From: a virus
DNA: 64,000 nt
Strand: one strand, 5' to 3'
Virus record (IMG/VR): IMGVR_UViG_3300044729_002678
Coordinates: 64,001-128,000 of that record
Shown: positions 58,177 through 64,000 of the stretch, piece after piece
How the letters are laid out: every line of letters starts with the position of its first letter
Numbering within the stretch: position 1 is the first letter of the stretch
Program-made: the position numbers and the translations under genes
The notes under the pieces: model-generated
Told to the model about the DNA's origin: nothing
What the model saw: the letters and a program-made list of their open reading frames with translations, nothing else
Databases searched by the model: none

Positions 58177-58500
58177 TTAGTGTTTAGTTTCTTCAATTAG
58201 TTCTCCGTCTTTCCAATGACGGGTTTTGGTAATGTTTCCCTGTTCATCAAATTCCTCCTCAATTCCATCCGCCTTACCTTCTTTGTATGGGGTTCTCCAA
58301 TGGATTTTTCCGTTTTCATAGAACATTTCCTCAATTCCATCCTTCTTATCCTCTTTGTATGAGGTTCTCCATCGAATGTTTCCGTCCGCATAGAACCACT
58401 CCCAAATACCTTCTTGTTGCTCTTTTGAGTTTAGTTGTCCTTTGACCCATATATTTCCGTTGTCATAGTATTCAATGTAGGGTGTGAGTTTGTTTTTCAT
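58177..58500 (-). CDS. MORN-variant repeat protein (YwqK-like)
   Basis: YxNGNI...YKxGKxDG repeats; start MKNKLTP at 58500. Confidence 0.85.
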   Translation of the reverse strand: MKNKLTPYIEYYDNGNIWVKGQLNSKEQQEGIWEWFYADGNIRWRTSYKEDKKDGIEEMFYENGKIHWRTPYKEGKADGIEEEFDEQGNITKTRHWKDGELIEETKH

Positions 58501-58504
58501 AGGT

Positions 58505-59299
58505 TTAGTGTTCAGTTGTTTCAATTAGTTCTCCATTTTTCCATAGAGTGGTTTCTACGATGTTTCCTTGTTCATCAAATTCCTCCACAATTCCATCTAT
58601 CTTACCCTCTTTGTAAGGGGTTCTCCATTTGATATTTCCGTTTTCACCAAAAACCTCCTCAATGCCATCCTCCTTATCCTCTTTGAATGGGATTCTCAAT
58701 CTGATGTTTCCGTTAAAATCGAACAACTCCCAAAGACCTTCTTCTTGTCCTTTGGAGTTCTTTTGTCCTTTGATATACACATTCCCGTTGCGGTGATATT
58801 CAATGTGGGGTGTGAGTTCGGGTTCAGTTGTTTCAATTATTTCTCCATCTTTCCATAGATAGGTTTCGATGATGTACCCTTGTTCATCAAACCACTCCTC
58901 AATACCATCTATCTTACCCCGTTTGTATGGGGTTCTCCGTTGGATGTTTCCGTATTTATAGAAGAACTCCTGAATTCCATCCTCCTTACCTCCTTTGTAA
59001 GGGGTTCTCCAATGGATGTTTCCGTTTGTATAGAAATACTCCCAAAGACCTTCTTCTTGTCCACTGGAGTTCTTTTGACCTTTAACCTGTACATTTCCGT
59101 TGGGGTGGTATTTAATGTGGGGTGTGAGTTCTGCATTTTCCGACTTGGATTGAATGTTTGTGTAAATATCGAAAATCTCGTCTATGGTGTATAGTTTGTT
59201 TTTGTAAAAACGACAAACACCTGCTGTGTGCTTTGCTTCGTCTGTGTGGATTAATACCCACCTTGCGAATTTAACTTGCTCGTTCATTTTGTTTTTCAT
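58505..59299 (-). CDS. MORN-variant repeat protein with two ~104-aa units
   Basis: Two tandem ELTPHI...WKxGExIETTE units. Confidence 0.85.
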   Translation of the reverse strand: MKNKMNEQVKFARWVLIHTDEAKHTAGVCRFYKNKLYTIDEIFDIYTNIQSKSENAELTPHIKYHPNGNVQVKGQKNSSGQEEGLWEYFYTNGNIHWRTPYKGGKEDGIQEFFYKYGNIQRRTPYKRGKIDGIEEWFDEQGYIIETYLWKDGEIIETTEPELTPHIEYHRNGNVYIKGQKNSKGQEEGLWELFDFNGNIRLRIPFKEDKEDGIEEVFGENGNIKWRTPYKEGKIDGIVEEFDEQGNIVETTLWKNGELIETTEH

Positions 59300-59309
59300 A
59301 GTGTAAAGT

Positions 59310-59960
59310 TTAGTAAATGTATTGACCGACCCATTGTGTTAGGCCATCTGAGGTGGTGGTCTTTCTTTTAAAAATTCTAACCGCGTTGTCTCCAAATTGC
59401 TCATAACTATCTATTGCAGTGCACTCAAAAGCAACAGGTGTCTTTGGTTGTTGGAGGGATTGGATTAACTCTCCATAAAACTTATAAAACTTTACTGCAT
59501 ACTCACCTGAAGTTATTTTTCTATTTTCTTCTGAAAAAATGATAGCTTTGTGTATGGCAGTTTTAAGTTGTTCCTCTGTGTACTTGTACTTCTCTTTGGC
59601 TTTGTTGTAGCCTACAATAAATGATGAAACCTCATAATCAGTAACTCCAACTTTTTTATATGAACTTTTAAATTCCTCAGCCAACTTCACAACATCATCT
59701 TCAAGTGGTGGTAGTAAGTCAACACCTTCAAGAACAGGTGAGTTGTTGAGTGGTAAATGGGATATGATTTTCTTACAATAGTCCATGTGTATTTGGCCGT
59801 TGCCTTCAAATAGGAATTGTTCGTTGTAGTAATCATTGACTTTCCTTATGTCTAACACTTCCAATTCAGAGCAGTCAACAAGCACTGTGTCTCCAATAGC
59901 AATCTCTGAATCATCTACCACCAATAGGTAGTTGTCTGTTTTAATGATGCTGTGTGTCAT
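59310..59960 (-). CDS. Hypothetical protein
   Basis: 216-aa ORF whose codon usage looks similar to the MORN genes. Confidence 0.65.
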   Translation of the reverse strand: MTHSIIKTDNYLLVVDDSEIAIGDTVLVDCSELEVLDIRKVNDYYNEQFLFEGNGQIHMDYCKKIISHLPLNNSPVLEGVDLLPPLEDDVVKLAEEFKSSYKKVGVTDYEVSSFIVGYNKAKEKYKYTEEQLKTAIHKAIIFSEENRKITSGEYAVKFYKFYGELIQSLQQPKTPVAFECTAIDSYEQFGDNAVRIFKRKTTTSDGLTQWVGQYIY

Positions 59961-59965
59961 AACTT

Positions 59966-60391
59966 TTATTTTTTAAGTTCCAAACTTTTTTGATAATAAT
60001 AATTATAAAGTTCTTCTAAATTCATTGGCTCTTCATTCATCATTTCATTCCACATATCAATCCCAAACTTTTTTTGTAGTTCATTCCTAAGAGAATTCAA
60101 TATACGCATTTCATCTAACTCACCCTCAAACTCAAGCTTTAAAGCACGAACCCTATCCATTCTACTCGCATCCCGTGCTATTTCTAATCTATCTGAATTA
60201 GAATCACCCCCATATTTTTTATAGGCGAGCTCGTAAGCACGATTTGCTTTTTTTCTGGCTTCAAATGCTTGAAGAAAAAATTCCGATAAATCGAAATCAC
60301 CATTTTGTATTTTATCAAAAAGATGGGAGTTAAAAGAAAGGGGCCGTTTTTTCGGCCCCCGTCTCCACCACTTAAACTTATTATAACCCAT
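59966..60391 (-). CDS. Hypothetical protein
   Basis: Likely start MGYNKFKWWRRG at 60391, which avoids overlap with the AAA gene. Confidence 0.6.
   Translation of the reverse strand: MGYNKFKWWRRGPKKRPLSFNSHLFDKIQNGDFDLSEFFLQAFEARKKANRAYELAYKKYGGDSNSDRLEIARDASRMDRVRALKLEFEGELDEMRILNSLRNELQKKFGIDMWNEMMNEEPMNLEELYNYYYQKSLELKK
60332..60359 (-). terminator. Terminator-like hairpin inside the 5' end of the 59966-60391 ORF
   Basis: mRNA GGGGCCG-AAAAAA-CGGCCCC-UUUCUUUU. Confidence 0.6.
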
Positions 60392-60398
60392 ACTAATT

Positions 60399-61682
60399 TT
60401 AGAAAGGGTTTTGTACCGGAGTAGCTTCTTCAGTATTAAAGAGGTTTTCTTCACCTACCTTAATAAACTTTTGAACATACTGCTTCATAAACACACGCTC
60501 CGATTGAGCACCACCCGTATTATCAAAGAAGGGATAGATAGCAATTTCAGCAGCCTCCTGCAAATTAAACCCATCATACAACAGCGAACCAATCTCCACC
60601 GCAGTTCGGGTAGATAATGAGTTGGTCAACTTCGGCGATTCGGATTTAACCTCATCACGAGTCATTGAAGTAATTTCGGCTACACTATCAATCAAAGATT
60701 TTGATACAGATGGATACATCATAGAGAGCAATTCAGCCTCTTCATCTTTTGTGAGAGATTCCATCTCAATCACCGTAAATCGGTCAAGTATCGCACGGTC
60801 AAGCAATCGTGTCGCTGTATATTCATTACCAATATTAGCGGAAGCGATAAACGAAACACCATCAGCCACATTGATAGTGGGTGAATCAGCGGCTTCATCA
60901 AGTCGGAGATAGCGTTGACCCGGATCGAGAACAGTCATTAGAATGTTCCATGCTTCGGGGTGAGCCCTCGTAATCTCGTCAAGTACCACCACAGTGTTTG
61001 GTGTTTGGATTGCTTTTACAAATGGTGATTGATTAAACACCGTACCTTTAGTGGTATCAAATTGAGTATTACCAATCAAAGTGCTGCGAGGGTCTTGGGT
61101 AGCTCCCAAGTTGATGATAAAGGTATTGTAACCATCAATAGAACTAGCCGCTGCTTTAGCCGCCATAGTCTTACCACAACCAGCCGCACCTGTCATCATA
61201 ATGTTCTTACCACGAAGAATATTTCGAACCAAATATTTCCACTTTAATTCCGGCATAAACAACATCTTTGGTTTTAAGGATGCCGCCTCATTGTGGATGA
61301 AGTTCAAAACATTTTCAGGCATAACAACCGGCGCAACTGCTGCCGGAGTATTAACCACCGGAGGAGCGGTAGATACAACATCCATAGAATATTGGGCCAA
61401 CCCACCATTTGGTTTATTGAAATTTAAGACCGGAGAATTATCGGTAACTTTTGAAGCGGGAACACGCCCAAAACAAAGTTGACCGGATGTAAACGAACCC
61501 TTTACCCTAACTTTGAAACGAAATTTATCAGGGTTTTTAGCGGCCTGTTTTGCCCTACGATTGAGCGAACTGCCTGGCTCATTAAGAGCAGGGATGTTGA
61601 ACATGACCCCAGCGGAGTCTTTGAACAATAGTACACCATTGCTTTCAACGATAGTACCGAAAACGAATCTTTGATTTTTCAT
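60399..61682 (-). CDS. MoxR/CobS-like AAA+ ATPase
   Basis: GAAGCGKT, VVLDEITR, ASAN, LDRAILDRF motifs. Confidence 0.9.
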   Translation of the reverse strand: MKNQRFVFGTIVESNGVLLFKDSAGVMFNIPALNEPGSSLNRRAKQAAKNPDKFRFKVRVKGSFTSGQLCFGRVPASKVTDNSPVLNFNKPNGGLAQYSMDVVSTAPPVVNTPAAVAPVVMPENVLNFIHNEAASLKPKMLFMPELKWKYLVRNILRGKNIMMTGAAGCGKTMAAKAAASSIDGYNTFIINLGATQDPRSTLIGNTQFDTTKGTVFNQSPFVKAIQTPNTVVVLDEITRAHPEAWNILMTVLDPGQRYLRLDEAADSPTINVADGVSFIASANIGNEYTATRLLDRAILDRFTVIEMESLTKDEEAELLSMMYPSVSKSLIDSVAEITSMTRDEVKSESPKLTNSLSTRTAVEIGSLLYDGFNLQEAAEIAIYPFFDNTGGAQSERVFMKQYVQKFIKVGEENLFNTEEATPVQNPF

Positions 61683-61710
61683 AATAATTTGATTTGGGGG
61701 TTAAGGGGTT

Positions 61711-61753
61711 TAAGTTACAAAGTAAAGATAAGGAAGAAATAGCAAATATCCAA
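61711..61753 (-). promoter_or_regulatory. Host-type early promoter (TTG-N20-TATCTTTA), repeat copy 1
   Basis: 61711-61747 is 33/37 identical to 63964-64000. Confidence 0.7.
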
Positions 61754-61810
61754 GCTTTTTATGTTAAATTATCGTTAAATTTATCCACATTTTGGGGTAA
61801 AGTGTCCATT

Positions 61811-63952
61811 TTATTGGACACCTACCTCAAATTTAGCATTCAGGGTTTTGGCCAGGTCAATTACTTCGGTCACATTCACGAACCTGGCATCCTTACCATA
61901 CATTTCAGAAAACACATCCATATTATAATCACCACCGCCCGAAGATACATAGTAGGATAAAACACTAACACCACCCATCTTCATTTTATTTATTTGGGCG
62001 GCGGTATGTTTAATAGCATCATTACCACCGTAATTTATATCTTTATTATGGAACTGAGGCATCCCGTCGGAAAAGTTAATCAGATATTTTTCTGAGCCAT
62101 CTTTGGTGTTCATAATCTCATTCATAATAGCCTCATAACACAACCCTTCGGGAGTAGTACCATTTGGAACAATGTGGCCGAATAAATTCTTAATCTTTGA
62201 AAAATTATCTACACGACTATCATACGCAATTACGATAAGTGGTATATCATGATTTGATTCATAAGTGCTTCGGTAACTAATAACCACATTAATGTTTGAG
62301 GTCATTGAAGCCGCCTTAGCGATAGCAACCACAGCAGTTTGTGTTTTATTCCATTTAGAACCACCCATAGAACCACTAGCATCAATTGAAATATGAAGGG
62401 TAACGGGTTTTACCGAATTGGATTGAATTTTATCAAAAATATTAAAATTACCAAACCCAATCTCATGCAACATTCGGGAGGATATTTTACCCGATTTAAG
62501 GCGGGGAGTAACCAAACTACGATTCTCATCACGCGTCTTTAGCTTTTTACCAAGCAACATACCCAAAGAAATACCATCATTAATATTTTTCTGAAGGTAA
62601 CTAATGTTACCCTCATAATTTGTGGTAATACCAAACACAGAGGATTCAATTAATTGTTTTGTAAGTTTTTTAACAACATAACAATTTGTTTTCATAACCC
62701 TACCATAACCATCTAAAGCGGAAACACTCTTTAAGTCAATGTTTGATTCCTCCAAAGCGTTTACATTATTGGAATCACCTTTACTCATTTTCTTTTTAGA
62801 GATATCACCTCGTATAAAATCTTTTTGCTTTTTGATAGCCTTATCAAGCTTATTTTTATTGGTAGGAGTAAGTTTATCATCACCACCCGAAGTAGGTTTA
62901 CCACCATCCGGTGAATGGTCTAAATTACCATCACCACTATCAATATCTGAATCACTATTTTCAGTAGAATCGGTATCACCATCACTATTAGAATCACCAC
63001 TATCAGAATCACCACCACCAGCGGAAGAATTCATACTATCATCACCCGTTTGAGGAGAGTCAAAATCACCACTCATTGGCGATTGGCCCGATGATGAACC
63101 ATCACCACTATCAGTATTTTCTGAAGCATCATTAGAAGAACCACCATTACCACCACTTTGTTTTTCAGCGGTAACAGCATCATAGATAGTTAAGAAAATA
63201 TCCACCGCCAAATCCATACTATCTTCGGTCGTTTTCAACCTACCAATATTATTCAAGTCTAACAAATTCCAAATGATAGGAAAGGCTTTTAAAGCATCCA
63301 TCCTACGATTTTTATTGGTAATATTAATCAGGCGGAACATATAAGATTCCCAATCTTCTGAAGTGTATTCATCCGATTTTAGACCCTTATCAATAATACT
63401 ATCATTAAAGTATTTGTCATACATAGTGTGATAATAACCACGATAACCGGGCGCCGAGTTATAAACATAACTATCAATCCGCCTATCCTCAACAATATTG
63501 AGAATATCTTTTAGGTAACTATCTTTAGCACGAACAATATCCTGTTCAATATCAGGATTACTATTAATCCTATTTTGGATTTTGGTTGGATTCGAAGAAT
63601 TACTACTGAAATATTTTTGTAGTAATGTAAAGTCGGTCAACTTAATATGCGAACCTTCATGAAGAGCCAAACCAACCGCTGGGTCAAATTCGGCATCATC
63701 AAGTTTGGATGAAATTACCACCGTAGTACCATCGGTATAGGATTGGTCGCCGTTTGAAAATTTGACAGGAATATGTTTACCCGTTACAATATTAACAAAA
63801 TTACCAATAGCCCGTTTGTAGGAAGCCAACTTAATAAGGTCATTTTTATTATCAATAGCCTCACCACGAGCATTCACACGAACAGGTGCGAACAAAGATT
63901 TATCCAACCAGAAGTCGGAATAATAAGATTTATGATTTTTGTAGTGTTTCAT
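61811..63952 (-). CDS. VWA-domain protein with N-terminal HExxH region (CobT-like partner of the AAA ATPase)
   Basis: LALHEGSHI, NIVEDRRID, acidic S/G/D linker, DASGSM MIDAS, GTTPE, FSDGMP. Confidence 0.88.
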   Translation of the reverse strand: MKHYKNHKSYYSDFWLDKSLFAPVRVNARGEAIDNKNDLIKLASYKRAIGNFVNIVTGKHIPVKFSNGDQSYTDGTTVVISSKLDDAEFDPAVGLALHEGSHIKLTDFTLLQKYFSSNSSNPTKIQNRINSNPDIEQDIVRAKDSYLKDILNIVEDRRIDSYVYNSAPGYRGYYHTMYDKYFNDSIIDKGLKSDEYTSEDWESYMFRLINITNKNRRMDALKAFPIIWNLLDLNNIGRLKTTEDSMDLAVDIFLTIYDAVTAEKQSGGNGGSSNDASENTDSGDGSSSGQSPMSGDFDSPQTGDDSMNSSAGGGDSDSGDSNSDGDTDSTENSDSDIDSGDGNLDHSPDGGKPTSGGDDKLTPTNKNKLDKAIKKQKDFIRGDISKKKMSKGDSNNVNALEESNIDLKSVSALDGYGRVMKTNCYVVKKLTKQLIESSVFGITTNYEGNISYLQKNINDGISLGMLLGKKLKTRDENRSLVTPRLKSGKISSRMLHEIGFGNFNIFDKIQSNSVKPVTLHISIDASGSMGGSKWNKTQTAVVAIAKAASMTSNINVVISYRSTYESNHDIPLIVIAYDSRVDNFSKIKNLFGHIVPNGTTPEGLCYEAIMNEIMNTKDGSEKYLINFSDGMPQFHNKDINYGGNDAIKHTAAQINKMKMGGVSVLSYYVSSGGGDYNMDVFSEMYGKDARFVNVTEVIDLAKTLNAKFEVGVQ

Positions 63953-63963
63953 ATATTAGGGAT

Positions 63964-64000
63964 TAACTTACAATGTAAAGATAAGAAAGAAATAGTAAAT
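63964..64000 (-). promoter_or_regulatory. Early promoter, repeat copy 2 (truncated by the window edge)
   Basis: Near-identical to 61711-61747. Confidence 0.65.

Noticed and set aside
58177-59299. Diversity-generating retroelement at the MORN repeats
   Set aside because: No reverse transcriptase or non-coding template repeat in the window; differences between units are not visibly adenine-specific. A trans-acting DGR elsewhere cannot be excluded.
75-63053. Numerous + strand ORFs in the track (e.g. 2698-3315, 7002-7835, 19270-19863, 61694-61960)
   Set aside because: Antisense shadows of well-supported minus-strand genes, with no recognisable motifs.
1-64000. Stop-codon reassignment, tRNA genes, introns or inteins
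   Set aside because: Coding density is high in the standard code; capsid, portal and terminase are uninterrupted and of normal size; no cloverleaf was recognised in the short intergenic gaps.

Overview
A 64-kb fragment of a large, AT-rich T4-like (myovirus) phage genome. Essentially every real gene lies on the minus strand and reads in the standard genetic code. Left to right by coordinate: tail-fibre/adhesin cluster (1-10.2 kb); PhoH; head module with major capsid, scaffold, ribosomal protein bS21, modular putative internal proteins, prohead protease, portal and large terminase (11-23 kb); a second block of modular putative head-cargo proteins (24-30 kb); fused SbcD-SbcC nuclease, primase, Mom-like modifier and T7-endonuclease-I-like resolvase (32-37 kb); baseplate genes (37-49 kb); a gp55-like late sigma factor; and an accessory arm (HD protein, ClpP, UvdE, PurA, Hsp20, DUF4494-like, MORN-repeat array, MoxR AAA + VWA pair). 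Host-type TTG-N20-TAnnTTTG promoters and the DUF4494-like gene point to a Bacteroidetes host. Main signals: (1) many structural genes carry Shine-Dalgarno motifs while accessory genes and rpsU do not, next to a phage bS21 that appears to lack the anti-SD-masking Tyr, suggesting a translational switch; (2) mosaic polyproteins built from modules joined by putative prohead-protease linkers, three of them encoded by an identical 17-nt DNA motif; (3) a structured leader whose hairpin loop pairs with the initiation region of a tail-fibre gene; (4) a 15-bp pairing between the 5' end of the hsp20 mRNA and its own terminator; (5) a recurring TA(T/C)TTATW putative late promoter, in several cases placed to give leaderless mRNAs. 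All calls come from manual reading and motif recall; no searches or folding programs were run.
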